A stretch of 47,438 bases of DNA from a candidate division WOR-3 bacterium (GCA_039801885.1 JBDRVN010000006.1:1-47438), one strand, 5' to 3'; shown: positions 1 through 10,260, counted from the stretch's first letter. Made by a program: numbers and translations. The notes: generated from the sequence alone by a model not told the origin.

Positions 1-1
1 C

Positions 2-82
2 GAGTTTGGCAAAACCGAAGATATCTTTGTCCGACCAAAAGATAAAAGAACCGAAGATTTCCTTTTGGGGAAGTATGGTTAA
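2..82 (+). CDS. pstB: Phosphate ABC transporter ATP-binding protein, 3' end (partial)
   Basis: Translates as EFGKTEDIFVRPKDKRTEDFLLGKYG*, a typical PstB C-terminus; lies directly upstream of phoU. Confidence 0.88.
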   Translation, partial: EFGKTEDIFVRPKDKRTEDFLLGKYG

Positions 83-84
83 TA

Positions 85-113
85 TTGACAATTTTTTCAA
101 AATCTTTTATAAT
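85..113 (+). promoter_or_regulatory. Sigma70 promoter of phoU (leaderless)
   Basis: TTGACA(85-90)-17 bp-TATAAT(108-113); ATG at 119 follows after 5 nt; no SD. Confidence 0.85.
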
Positions 114-118
114 TAATT

Positions 119-772
119 ATGTTAGAAGAAAAATTAGTGATCTTGAAAGAGAAAATTATTGAATATGCCAATCATATTGAAAAGATGTTGGAAAAAACAA
201 TGAAGGGATTGCTGGAGAAAGAAAAGGAGACTTTAAGAATGGTGATTGAAGAAGATGAAAAAAAGGCAAATGATTTAGAAATTGAGATCGACGAACTTTG
301 TGTTGATTTGATTGCCCTTTATCAACCCAAGGCAAAAGATTTGAGAACAATTTTAATGATTTTGAAGATGAATAATGATTTTGAAAGGATTGGCGACCAT
401 ATTGTAAACATTGCCCAAAGTGCGGAATTTCTTATTGAAAGAGAACCGGTAAAACCTTTGATTGATATCCCAAGAATGGCTAATGAAGCAAGTAAGATGT
501 TAAAAGATAGTGTGAGGGCTTTTATGGAAGAAAATTCAATTTTAGCAAAAAATGTCTGCGAAAGGGATTTTTTGATTGATCATTTGCGTGACCAAATTTT
601 CCGGGAGCTATTTACCTATATGCTCTCTGACCCAAGAACAATTGAAAGAGCTTTTCATTTAATTAGAATAACCCAGAACTTAGAAAGAATTGCCGACCTC
701 TCGACGAATATCGGCGAGGATGTTATCTATATTGTAGAAGCAAAGATTATTAAACATCACAAAGAGCTTTAG
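119..772 (+). CDS. phoU: Phosphate transport regulator PhoU
   Basis: Two PhoU repeats (QPKAKDLR, ERIGDH, ERIADLSTNIGEDVIY). Confidence 0.97.
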   Translation: MLEEKLVILKEKIIEYANHIEKMLEKTMKGLLEKEKETLRMVIEEDEKKANDLEIEIDELCVDLIALYQPKAKDLRTILMILKMNNDFERIGDHIVNIAQSAEFLIEREPVKPLIDIPRMANEASKMLKDSVRAFMEENSILAKNVCERDFLIDHLRDQIFRELFTYMLSDPRTIERAFHLIRITQNLERIADLSTNIGEDVIYIVEAKIIKHHKEL

Positions 773-790
773 TTATCCCTAAAAAACAAT

Positions 791-818
791 TTGACTTTTT
801 ATTTTTTTCTTTTATAAT
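791..818 (+). promoter_or_regulatory. Sigma70 promoter of the rpsF operon
   Basis: TTGACT-16 bp-TATAAT; ATG at 828 follows after 9 nt; no SD. Confidence 0.75.
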
Positions 819-827
819 TTTAAAACT

Positions 828-1127
828 ATGAAAAATCATAATAAATATGAATGTGTAATAATTTTGAGCGAAAAAATGTCAGAAGAAGAGATAAATAAGA
901 TTGATAATGATTTAAAAAATATCTTTAAAAATTGCGGTGCTGATAATATTATTTTAGATAAAAAAGAGAAAAAAAAATTTGCCTATCCCGTTAAAAAATT
1001 AGAATACGGTTATTATCTTTTCTACAAATTTGCCTCGCCCTCCGACACAATTGAGAAAATTAAAGAAAGTATTAAACATAATGAAAATATTTTAAGGAGT
1101 TATTTTATTAATTATGGCCGAGATTAG
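828..1127 (+). CDS. rpsF: 30S ribosomal protein S6
   Basis: YECVIIL, KKFAYPVKK..GYY and ENILRS motifs; precedes ssb. Confidence 0.93.
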   Translation: MKNHNKYECVIILSEKMSEEEINKIDNDLKNIFKNCGADNIILDKKEKKKFAYPVKKLEYGYYLFYKFASPSDTIEKIKESIKHNENILRSYFINYGRD

Positions 1128-1539
1128 ATTAGGAAGAATTAATTATGTGATTTTAATGGGCAGGGCAACAGTTGATCCAACTTTGCGTTATAATCCCAAG
1201 GGTATCCCTTTTTTAAATTTCCAGATTGCCGTTAACCGGGTTTACCGAAACAAAGAAAGTAATGAATGGAAAGAGGTGGCTAATTTTTTTACCGTTGTTA
1301 CTAGTGGTCCCCAAGCCGAGAGATTACAAGATAGGCTTAAAAAAGGAAGTGCCGTAATTGTGGAGGGAGAACTGAGAAGCAGAAGCTATGAAAAGGAAAA
1401 TGGCGAAAAAAGAAATGTTGTCGAAGTTTTTGCTCGGCGAGTCCAAATTCTTGATAAATTTGTATCCGAAGAGATAAACGAAGAAACTCCGGAAGATATT
1501 ATTCTGCCTGACGATAACCTTGATGACTTGCCCTTCTAA
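1114..1539 (+). CDS. ssb: Single-stranded DNA-binding protein
   Basis: OB fold (NYVILMGR..DP.LRY, KGSAVIVEGELRSRSY) and acidic DDLPF tail. Confidence 0.97.
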   Translation: MAEIRLGRINYVILMGRATVDPTLRYNPKGIPFLNFQIAVNRVYRNKESNEWKEVANFFTVVTSGPQAERLQDRLKKGSAVIVEGELRSRSYEKENGEKRNVVEVFARRVQILDKFVSEEINEETPEDIILPDDNLDDLPF

Positions 1540-1541
1540 AA

Positions 1542-1757
1542 ATGGCTAAAGAAAGAAAAAAAGAAGCCAAAAAAATTCGTGAAATACCCCTTACCCATTT
1601 TAAAAGAAATAATTATTTATTATTAATTTTAGGTATTATAACAATTATTTTAGGTTATATCGTTTTAAGCACTGGTGATATTACGATTGCTCCTATTTTA
1701 CTTGTTTTGGGTTATTGTGTTCTTATTCCCCTTGCCCTCCTTTTAAAATTTAAATGA
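1542..1757 (+). CDS. Small two-TM membrane protein (DUF3098-like)
   Basis: F.RNNY.LL..G..I.LGY and TIAPILLVLGY pattern; 71 aa; coupled to its neighbours. Confidence 0.7.
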   Translation: MAKERKKEAKKIREIPLTHFKRNNYLLLILGIITIILGYIVLSTGDITIAPILLVLGYCVLIPLALLLKFK

Positions 1758-2281
1758 AACTAAAAGACGAAAGAGAGATTAATAAGAAAATAAAAAACCT
1801 TGCCCAAAAAATCTATAAAAAACATAAAAAAAATCTTAATGTTTTGTGTCTTATCGGTATAAAAAGACGGGGAATAAGTATCGCTCAAAGACTAAGTTAC
1901 GAATTAGAAAAACTTACTAATATCAAAATTCCGATCGGTGCTTTAGATATCAGTTTTTATCGGGATGATTTACAGATGATTGCTTTATCACCAATCGTCC
2001 GCGGTAGTGAAATAAATTTTTCTATCCAAGATAAAATTATAATTTTGGTTGATGATGTTATTTATACGGGAAGAACAATAAGAGCAGCATTAAGTGAAAT
2101 TCTGGATTACGGAAGACCAAAAAGGATAGAATTACTTGTTTTGGTTGATAGAAATTATCGGGAACTGCCAATTCAACCAGATTATGTCGGTTTTAAATTT
2201 AATATTAAGAAAGAAGATTTAATTGATGTCTTTTTAAAAGAAGAAGATAAAAAAGAAGGGATTTATTTAAAAAGAAGGTGA
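1754..2281 (+). CDS. pyrR: Pyrimidine regulator / uracil phosphoribosyltransferase PyrR
   Basis: LDISFYRDD, VDDVIYTGRTIRAAL, RELPIQPDYVG. Confidence 0.96.
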   Translation: MKLKDEREINKKIKNLAQKIYKKHKKNLNVLCLIGIKRRGISIAQRLSYELEKLTNIKIPIGALDISFYRDDLQMIALSPIVRGSEINFSIQDKIIILVDDVIYTGRTIRAALSEILDYGRPKRIELLVLVDRNYRELPIQPDYVGFKFNIKKEDLIDVFLKEEDKKEGIYLKRR

Positions 2282-3207
2282 AACATTTATTATCCGTTAA
2301 TGATTTAAGTGAAAAAGACATTTATAAAATCTTTAAATATGCTTCTCAATTTGAAGAGGTTTTAAAGAGGCCAATTCCGGTTATTCCTTCTTTAAGAGGG
2401 AAAACAATTTTGACTCTTTTTTATGAACCTTCAACAAGGACTCAAACTTCCTTCACTTTAGCTGGTAAAAGATTATCCTGCGATGTGGTAAATTTCTCCT
2501 TTTCCACTTCTTCTCTTCTTAAGGGAGAAAGTTTACTGGATACCGTTAAAAATATTTTAAAAATGAAGACGGACGGAATTATTATCCGCCACACAGTTGC
2601 TGGTGTTCCTCATTTTCTTGCCTATCATTTAGATAAAGAAAATATCTTTGTGATTAATGCCGGTGACGGAACTAATGAACATCCCACCCAAGCCTTATTG
2701 GATGCCTATACTCTTTACAAAAAATTTAAAGATTTTAAAAATCTAAAGATTTTAATTGTTGGTGATATTAAACATTCTCGCGTTGCCCATTCAGATATTC
2801 TTATTTTCCAAAAATTAGGTTGCGAGGTTTATGTCTCTTGCCCCTATTCTTTTTTACCCCTTGATTTTGAAAAGACGAATATTACTCATCTTTTAGATTT
2901 TCGTAAGAAATTAGATGGTTTTGATTGTGTGATTGCTTTAAGGGTTCAAAAAGAAAGACATAATTTAAGTTACTTGTCATCTATTAGGGAATATCACCTG
3001 CTATACGGAATTAAAAAAGATGATTTAAATAAAATGAAAAAGAATGCTCTTTTAATGCATCCAGGACCGGTTAATTGGGGAGTTGAACTCTCTTATGATG
3101 TTTTGGAGGATGAGAGATGTGTAATATTAGACCAGGTTTTTAATGGTGTAGCAATTAGAATGGCAGTAATTTTCTTATTATTTCAAGAAAAACATGAAAA
3201 TCGATAA
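2278..3207 (+). CDS. pyrB: Aspartate carbamoyltransferase catalytic subunit
   Basis: FYEPSTRT, NAGDGTNEHPTQALLD, HPGPVN; GTG start overlaps the pyrR stop. Confidence 0.97.
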   Translation: MKHLLSVNDLSEKDIYKIFKYASQFEEVLKRPIPVIPSLRGKTILTLFYEPSTRTQTSFTLAGKRLSCDVVNFSFSTSSLLKGESLLDTVKNILKMKTDGIIIRHTVAGVPHFLAYHLDKENIFVINAGDGTNEHPTQALLDAYTLYKKFKDFKNLKILIVGDIKHSRVAHSDILIFQKLGCEVYVSCPYSFLPLDFEKTNITHLLDFRKKLDGFDCVIALRVQKERHNLSYLSSIREYHLLYGIKKDDLNKMKKNALLMHPGPVNWGVELSYDVLEDERCVILDQVFNGVAIRMAVIFLLFQEKHENR

Positions 3208-4486
3208 TCTATCTGAATATCTTTTATTAAAAAATGGTACATTAATTGATTTAGATAAAAAAGAAAAAAAAGAAGTTGACATACTAATAAAAGAAGGTAG
3301 CATCGAAAAAATTGCAAAAGGGATCGAAAAGAAAGATAAGTTTAAAATTATTGATATTAAAGGTTGCTATATCTTTCCTGGATTAATTGACCTCCATACC
3401 CATTTAAGAATACCAGGTAGAGAAGATGAGGAAACAATCGAAACTGGCACAAAAGCAGCGATTGCCGGTGGTTTCACAAGAATATGCTGTATGCCCAATA
3501 CGGAACCACCATTAGATAACGAGTCTTTAATTACTTATTTGCTAACAGAAAATAAAAAATATAATTATTGCAATTTATATCCCGTGGCTTGTGCGACAAA
3601 AAAAAGAGAAGGAAAAGAACTTTGTGATTACTACCTTTTAAGAAATGCTGGAGCAATTGCTATTTCGGACGATGGCTCACCAATCTCCTCTTCTCAAATT
3701 TTAAGACTGGTTTTAGAATATTCCAAAACTTTTGACCTTCCTTATTTTAGTCATTGTGAAGATAGAGAATTGTCCCAAGGGGTGATTAACGAAGGCTTTT
3801 TATCTTACAAATTAGGATTGAGGGGAATACCTGATATTAGCGAGACTATTTTTGCTTTCCGAGATATTTTAATTGCCAATTATGTAAAAAGCAAAATCCA
3901 TCTTTGTCATATCTCTTCTAAGAAAACTATTGAAGTCCTCCGATTCTTAAAAGAAAGGAATTATGAATTCACTTGCGAGACCGCTCCGCATTATTTCACC
4001 TTGACAGAAAATGATATTCAAAATTACAACACCAATTACAAAGTAAATCCACCTTTAAAAAAAGAAGAAGATAAAGAAGAAATAAAAAAGGCATTAAAAG
4101 AAGGGTTAATTGAAGTTATTGCCTCTGACCACGCACCTCATCTTTCACAAGAAAAAGAACAAGATTTCGAAAATGCTCCTTTTGGAATTATCGGCTTAGA
4201 AACCAGCTTTCTTTTATCTTATGAAGAATTGGTTTTAAAAGGTAATCTTACAATATTTGAATTATTAGAAAAATTTATTACCAATCCAGCAAAGATTTTA
4301 GGAATAGAGATAAATAAAATTAAAGAGGGAAAAGAGGCAGAAATGGTAATCTTCTCACCAAAAGAAAAATTTATTTACCGGGAAGATAAGATTTATTCAA
4401 AAAGCAAGAATACACCCTTTTTAAATAAAGAGTTCAATTGCCGAATTAAAACAGTTATCAAGAATAATAAAATTTTTTATCTTTAA
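3194..4486 (+). CDS. pyrC: Dihydroorotase
   Basis: DLHTHLRIPG, MPNTEP, KVNPPL, ASDHAPH, GIIGLET. Confidence 0.96.
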   Translation: MKIDNLSEYLLLKNGTLIDLDKKEKKEVDILIKEGSIEKIAKGIEKKDKFKIIDIKGCYIFPGLIDLHTHLRIPGREDEETIETGTKAAIAGGFTRICCMPNTEPPLDNESLITYLLTENKKYNYCNLYPVACATKKREGKELCDYYLLRNAGAIAISDDGSPISSSQILRLVLEYSKTFDLPYFSHCEDRELSQGVINEGFLSYKLGLRGIPDISETIFAFRDILIANYVKSKIHLCHISSKKTIEVLRFLKERNYEFTCETAPHYFTLTENDIQNYNTNYKVNPPLKKEEDKEEIKKALKEGLIEVIASDHAPHLSQEKEQDFENAPFGIIGLETSFLLSYEELVLKGNLTIFELLEKFITNPAKILGIEINKIKEGKEAEMVIFSPKEKFIYREDKIYSKSKNTPFLNKEFNCRIKTVIKNNKIFYL

Positions 4487-4487
4487 A

Positions 4488-6887
4488 TTATTTATCCTTC
4501 TCCTCTTCTTTTGCTGAAGTAAACTTTTTATAATTTTCAGCAAGTTCCTTTAATCTCTCTTTTACTTTTTTATGAACTTCCTCGGCTTTCATTCCGGTTA
4601 AAATCTCTATTCCTTCGTCAACACTTTTTATTGCATAAATATGGAAAAGACCTTTTTTTACTGCTTCACAAACCTCTTCTTTAAGCATCAAATCATCGAT
4701 ATTACTGTAAGGAATAATAACTCCCTGCGTACCCGTTAACCCTCTTCTTTTACAAACCTCAAAAAACCCTTCTATTTTTTCATTTACACCTCCGATCGCC
4801 TGAATTTCTCCCTTTTGATTCACTGAGCCGGTTACGGCAATATCTTGTCTTAAAGGAATGGCGCCAATGGAAGATAACAAAGCGAAAAGTTCCGCCGAAG
4901 ATGCTGAATCCCCTTCCACGCCGCCATAACTTTGTTCAAAACAGATAGAAGCACTCATAATAATCGGAAATTCTTGAGCATATTTATCTCGTAAATAGCC
5001 TTGTAAAATTAAAACACCTTTATCATGAATTTTTCCAGAAAGCTGAGCTTCTCTTTCAATATTAATCACACCTTTAGTCCCTACGGAAGTTTTCGCGGTT
5101 ATTCTTGTTGGTCTGCCAAACATATATTCTCCAGTATCATAAATAGAAAGTCCATTGATTTGACCAACAATCGAACCTTGGGTATCAATTAATAATACCC
5201 CTTCATCAATCATCTCCTGAATTTTCTCTTCAATTAATTTAGCTCGGTACTCCCTCATTTCTATTGCTTTTGTTACATGGCGAGAAAGGACTAAATCAGA
5301 ATTATCTTTTTCTGCCCAATAGCTTGCTTCTTTTAATATATCAGTAATAATACCAAAACGGGTAGAAAGTTTATTTTTTCTACCTCCCAATCTTATTCCA
5401 TATTCCACTAATTTAGCAATCGCACTTGCCGAAAAGTGTCTTAAATTTTCTTTTTCCACAATTGTCCGAACAGCATTCGCATACTCCCTTATTGTCTCTT
5501 CTTTTAAATCCATTGTCCAATCAAAATCAGCCCTAACTTTAAATATCTTTTTAAAATCTTCGTCATAGGTTGCTAATAAAGTATATAAAAAAGCATCACC
5601 AATCATTATCACTTTTACATTAATATCTATTGGCTCAGGTTTTAACGCTGTTACTCCAAAAAGAGAATAAGGGTCATAAGCAGTAATATCGACTTTTCTT
5701 GTTCTTAAACATCTTTTCAAAGCATACCAAGTCCCCTCTAAAAGAACATCCAAAGCATTCAAAACTAAAAATCCACCATCAGCTTTTACCAAAGAACCGG
5801 CTTTAATTTTGGTAAAATCTGTCCGCCACTGGCCTCGAGCATCCCAAACCTTTTCAATTGTTCCAAAAAGATTTTTAAAAGTTGGTGTATTTTCAAAAAT
5901 AATTGGTGCCCCAACTTCTTCCGCATTATCAACCAAAAGATTTACCCGAAATTCTAAATAGGGGTCACCGGGCAAAATTTCTTTTATAAAGGGAAAGGGA
6001 GCTTCCTCTTCTTTTTTCTCCTTCTTAAAAATACTTAAATCTTCTAAAATTGCTTCTTCCACCTCTTTTAAATATTCCTTTATTTTCTCGTTTTTTAACT
6101 TTTCTTTAATTTCGTTCAATCTCTCTTCCAAAATCGGTCTGATCGTTTCTTTATCTAAAGAACTTAATTTTTCTCTTGTTTCTTTTTCTAAATTTCTAAT
6201 TTCTTTAAATAAATTATTTAATTCATCAGTTAAATTTTGGGCTTTTTCTTTAATCTTTTCGTAATCCTCACGAGATATCTTTCCTTCTTCAACCGCGAAA
6301 AGTAAATCAGAAATTTTTACCGGATTTCCTTCCATCATATAAACGATCTCCGGTTTCACCATCGGCGCTGGTTGTTGCAAAACAAAACCTTCTTTCGTTA
6401 CCTTCTTTTCAAATTCCAAAACCATTCGGTTACTTTTCTCCTTAAATTCATCAATAATTATCTGTCGCTTTTTTTGATAAGTATCGCTTTCCAAAACTAA
6501 AGGAATATTTCTCTTAAGATACTCAATTAATTCATCCATACTATTTTTAAATATCCTGCCCCAGCCCGGAGGTAGCACAATTAACTTAGGTTGATCAGGA
6601 TTTTTAAAATTATTTACATAACATTTATCTGGCGGCGTCTCCACTGATTTTTCTAATGTTTCTAATAGGTATCTTACGGTCGTTGTTCGGCCAGTACCTA
6701 CCGGTCCCGTTACGAAAATATTATAGCCACTTGCTTTTATCTCCAAACCAAGTTTTAGAGCCTCTATTGCTCGTTTTTGGCCAATAATATCTTGACAACA
6801 GGCCAAATCTTTCGTGGAAGAAAACCCTAATTTTTTTTCATCAATAATAAACCTCAATTTTTCGTAAGGAACTTTATATTTTTCCAT
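4488..6887 (-). CDS. LonC-type Lon-like protease (AAA-like domain, coiled-coil insertion, S16 protease domain)
   Basis: GQKRA, GPVGTGRTT, FEQSYGGVEGDSASSAE (catalytic Ser), GGVNEKIEGFF (catalytic Lys). Confidence 0.92.
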   Translation of the reverse strand: MEKYKVPYEKLRFIIDEKKLGFSSTKDLACCQDIIGQKRAIEALKLGLEIKASGYNIFVTGPVGTGRTTTVRYLLETLEKSVETPPDKCYVNNFKNPDQPKLIVLPPGWGRIFKNSMDELIEYLKRNIPLVLESDTYQKKRQIIIDEFKEKSNRMVLEFEKKVTKEGFVLQQPAPMVKPEIVYMMEGNPVKISDLLFAVEEGKISREDYEKIKEKAQNLTDELNNLFKEIRNLEKETREKLSSLDKETIRPILEERLNEIKEKLKNEKIKEYLKEVEEAILEDLSIFKKEKKEEEAPFPFIKEILPGDPYLEFRVNLLVDNAEEVGAPIIFENTPTFKNLFGTIEKVWDARGQWRTDFTKIKAGSLVKADGGFLVLNALDVLLEGTWYALKRCLRTRKVDITAYDPYSLFGVTALKPEPIDINVKVIMIGDAFLYTLLATYDEDFKKIFKVRADFDWTMDLKEETIREYANAVRTIVEKENLRHFSASAIAKLVEYGIRLGGRKNKLSTRFGIITDILKEASYWAEKDNSDLVLSRHVTKAIEMREYRAKLIEEKIQEMIDEGVLLIDTQGSIVGQINGLSIYDTGEYMFGRPTRITAKTSVGTKGVINIEREAQLSGKIHDKGVLILQGYLRDKYAQEFPIIMSASICFEQSYGGVEGDSASSAELFALLSSIGAIPLRQDIAVTGSVNQKGEIQAIGGVNEKIEGFFEVCKRRGLTGTQGVIIPYSNIDDLMLKEEVCEAVKKGLFHIYAIKSVDEGIEILTGMKAEEVHKKVKERLKELAENYKKFTSAKEEEKDK

Positions 6888-6892
6888 AGAAA

Positions 6893-6921
6893 ATTATAGA
6901 AAATTTATCAAATAAAGTCAA
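6893..6921 (-). promoter_or_regulatory. Sigma70 promoter of the Lon-like protease (leaderless)
   Basis: Minus strand TTGACT-17 bp-TATAAT, then 5 nt to ATG at 6887. Confidence 0.82.
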
Positions 6922-7137
6922 TCTAAAAAATTTAAATGGTTTAAGGGTATTCTACCAGCCTGAGATTTTTTTAATTTTTTTATAAACAACCTTCTTTTGG
7001 TAAAATCATAAAGAATATTAAAAAATATGTATTCGAAAGTATACTAAATTATTTAAAAAGCCCTTTTCCCTTTTGCCCTTAGAATATCTCCCGGACTATT
7101 GGGGGAACGACTATTGAAATAGGTAAATTTAGCGCTA

Positions 7138-8664
7138 TTAATAAAAAATAATCTTCTTATCAAGAGGATATTCTATAAAGTAAAAGAGATTAATAATAAA
7201 CTTCTCTTCTGATTTCAAATTTTTATAATAGGTGAAGGTTCCTAAATTCTCATCCACCAGATCTGGTTTCGGTTCAATTTTTATCAATTTTACTTTTATT
7301 TCATCTGTTTGAGAAACCGGTATCTGCTCAACTATTTTTAATTTTCTTTCTTTACCCGAGTAGTTTTCAATTCTTGTTTCATAGGTAAATTCTTGCCTTT
7401 CTTTTTTATCAAAAACCCCTTCTTTTTTTATAAAAAATTTCACTAATTTTCTTTCTACTTTTATCCTTTCATCAACTCCGAAGTTTACTATTAATGTTTC
7501 TTGTGGTAAAAGAGTTTTTATTTTTGTTTTTCCCGTATAATTATTTTTAAAATAAGTTGCTGCCTCACCACTCAAAAAGACCATTTCTGAATTGTTAAAA
7601 ATTTTCCCTTCTAAATAGGCATTCTTATCTTTTCTTGGATAGACAAAATATTCAAATTCGGTAGGTAAATTTAATCCTTTTAAGAAAAATTTTTTCTCTT
7701 CGCCACTTTTTAAATTTATTCTTTTCGGCAATATGTATTCTAAGGAAATTCCTGTCTCTAAAATTTTTATCTCTTCTTCGGCTAAAGTCGCTACCCGCAA
7801 CGGCGCTTCTTTTTCATACATTGTTTTAGGATAGGCTGCGATTTCCAAATTTACATAATAAGGAGTAATTTCCGGAGCTACGGTAATTGGTAAAATTTTC
7901 GCAGTGTTTAAAACAACTTTGGTATTCTCCCAATCTTCACCGGTTTTCTGACTAATTTTTATATAATAATTTAAATTTACAAAATTTCCGTTGGCTTTCA
8001 TTTCATAATAAGGAGTAAAAGAACAGGCATTGGGAATATTATAGCTTATTTCAATTTCGTACTCACCACTCTTTTCGGGAAAGACATCAAAACTTACCTC
8101 TTTCTTATTTTCCACAATTGCTCGGATGTCTTGTAATTCCTGTTTTAAAGCTGCCAACTTTGTTTTAGCTTCATTAATTGAATCTTCAATTGTTAAACCT
8201 TTTCTTTTTAAATTTACTAATTTCCCCGATAAAAAATTTAATGCCTTTTCCCAACTTTCTGGTGAAATCTTTCCCATTAATAACTCTTTTGAGATGATTT
8301 CCGGTGAAGCTAATTTTATTGACGACAAAAATTCTTCTTCGGATTTTATCACTAATTTTTCATTTTCCCAATTTTTTATTTTATCTTCCAATTCCTTTAT
8401 TTTTCTCTCTAACTCTTTAACTCTCAAAGGAGGTTCTTCTAAATAAGTTTTTTTAATAAAAACTTCACCAATCTTTAGATTTTCGCTTTTAATCCAAACT
8501 GAATTATCCTCCAAAAGCCCCGAAAGAGGTCGAAAGGTTAAAATTTCTCCTTTTTCTAAAAATACTTTTGCTTTCCGAAAAACTACTACATAATTTGGAT
8601 AAATAATTACTGAATCTACCTTAGAATTTAAAGGGAGAGAAATTAAGAAAAGCAAAAGCTCCAT
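7138..8664 (-). CDS. DUF4140/DUF4139 (MuiA-like) protein
   Basis: VDSV.IY N-terminus, coiled coil, SQKTGEDW, FGVDERIKVER, EQIPVS. Confidence 0.85.
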   Translation of the reverse strand: MELLLFLISLPLNSKVDSVIIYPNYVVVFRKAKVFLEKGEILTFRPLSGLLEDNSVWIKSENLKIGEVFIKKTYLEEPPLRVKELERKIKELEDKIKNWENEKLVIKSEEEFLSSIKLASPEIISKELLMGKISPESWEKALNFLSGKLVNLKRKGLTIEDSINEAKTKLAALKQELQDIRAIVENKKEVSFDVFPEKSGEYEIEISYNIPNACSFTPYYEMKANGNFVNLNYYIKISQKTGEDWENTKVVLNTAKILPITVAPEITPYYVNLEIAAYPKTMYEKEAPLRVATLAEEEIKILETGISLEYILPKRINLKSGEEKKFFLKGLNLPTEFEYFVYPRKDKNAYLEGKIFNNSEMVFLSGEAATYFKNNYTGKTKIKTLLPQETLIVNFGVDERIKVERKLVKFFIKKEGVFDKKERQEFTYETRIENYSGKERKLKIVEQIPVSQTDEIKVKLIKIEPKPDLVDENLGTFTYYKNLKSEEKFIINLFYFIEYPLDKKIIFY

Positions 8665-8674
8665 AATTAAGTTA

Positions 8675-8703
8675 ATTATATAAAATTATAAATCATTTGT
8701 CAA
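8675..8703 (-). promoter_or_regulatory. Sigma70 promoter of the DUF4139 gene
   Basis: Minus strand TTGACA-17 bp-TATAAT; the -35 lies in the last codons of the upstream gene; 10 nt to ATG. Confidence 0.75.
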
Positions 8704-10255
8704 AATATAGTTGATACCAATCTTTGACATTAAAATCAAAGGGAACCTTTAAATAAAAAATTTCTTCTTCTTTATAAAGTTTAATATTAAAATAAGTAAG
8801 ATTATTAGTAAGGATTTCTTTTAATGGTATTTTTATTTCACCCTTCTTTTCTTTTGTCTTTTGTTTAAATCTTTCTATTTTCGTATCCATAATACGTAGA
8901 AAAGCAAAATTTAATTTCCCTTCTTTCGTAACTTTGGTTTCTAAAATGGAATCTTCGTTTTTGGCAAAATAAAAGAGAAGGGAATCAAATTGATAAAAAT
9001 CCTCAGCGTAATTGAGATAAAGATTTTCTTTATCATAACTGATAATAATTTTGTTTCTCCAATTTGCTGGAGTTCCATCAGCCTTACCAAATTCTTCTAA
9101 TGGGAAAATATCATTAACTTTGAGTTTTATTTCTTTTTTTACTGGTAAAACTAAGGTTAAACTATCTTTTTCTTCCTGGTAATAAATAAATAGAACAAGT
9201 CGAGGTAGAGGATAAATTTGGTAAGGTTTTTTTATTTTCACAACAAATTGATAATTTCCTTCGCCTTTTCCTTCTAAAACAAAATTTCCCTTTTCGGTGT
9301 CAAAAAGATAATTTTCTGAAGAAATTCGCCAAAAGAAACTACCTTTTATTTTTTCATTTAAAGGGTTAGTAAGATAAAGTCTTATCGTATCTTCTTCCTT
9401 TTCTTCCTTAATTATTAACGGAGTTAATCTTATCCCTTCCTTTTTAAATCTTTCTTTTGAAATGATTTTTTCCAACATAATTTTTTCTTTAGGAAAAATT
9501 GAGCCGGGTTTAATAACCGTAATTGATACCTGATTTTTCTCGACTTTACAAAGCAAATAATTTTGAAAAGCACCCTCTTTTTCATCAAAATAAACTTTGT
9601 ATCTCGAACCTGAAGGACCAACTTGAAAATAATGGATACTATCGTAGAAAAGATAGGTATAAAAATGATCATGGCCGGAAAAAACATAGTTTACTTTATA
9701 TTTTTTAAAAATTTGGTGCAGTGGAAAATCTTTCAATTTTTTTCTTTCATATTCATAGCGCCAAAAAGGACGATGAAAAAAAACAAATTTCCATCGGTAT
9801 TTCTTATTGGCTTGTAAGTCTTCTTCTAACCAATCAATCATTTCTTGAGGTATTTCAAAATAAGAGTTATATCTTGAATTATCTAAAATTACAAAATGGG
9901 CATTGGCATAAGAAAAAGAATAGTAAGTTTTGCCGATTAAAGAGAGATAAATTTTTTCAGATAATTCTGAGAAAATATCGTGATTTCCGGGAGTAAAATA
10001 CCAATTTATACCGGTCTCTTTCAGCATTCTCAAAACTCTTCCCCATTCTTTTAAAATGGCTAAACTATCTTGTTTATTACCTTCAATTAAGTCACCAACA
10101 TTAACACCAAAGTCGGGTTTTAAAACCTTAATCTCTTCAACTATTTTTTTAAATATTTCATCTTTTGCTCCGCCAGTTCTATCTCCTAAGATAACAAAGG
10201 TAAAAGAAAAGCCAAAATGCCAAAAAATTAATAAAAAAATAAATTTTTTTTTCAT
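8693..10255 (-). CDS. Exported calcineurin-like metallophosphoesterase with C-terminal extension
   Basis: Signal peptide; GD, VGDL, GNHD, FHRP and SGHDH metal motifs. Confidence 0.88.
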   Translation of the reverse strand: MKKKFIFLLIFWHFGFSFTFVILGDRTGGAKDEIFKKIVEEIKVLKPDFGVNVGDLIEGNKQDSLAILKEWGRVLRMLKETGINWYFTPGNHDIFSELSEKIYLSLIGKTYYSFSYANAHFVILDNSRYNSYFEIPQEMIDWLEEDLQANKKYRWKFVFFHRPFWRYEYERKKLKDFPLHQIFKKYKVNYVFSGHDHFYTYLFYDSIHYFQVGPSGSRYKVYFDEKEGAFQNYLLCKVEKNQVSITVIKPGSIFPKEKIMLEKIISKERFKKEGIRLTPLIIKEEKEEDTIRLYLTNPLNEKIKGSFFWRISSENYLFDTEKGNFVLEGKGEGNYQFVVKIKKPYQIYPLPRLVLFIYYQEEKDSLTLVLPVKKEIKLKVNDIFPLEEFGKADGTPANWRNKIIISYDKENLYLNYAEDFYQFDSLLFYFAKNEDSILETKVTKEGKLNFAFLRIMDTKIERFKQKTKEKKGEIKIPLKEILTNNLTYFNIKLYKEEEIFYLKVPFDFNVKDWYQLYFDK

Positions 10256-10260
10256 AAATT

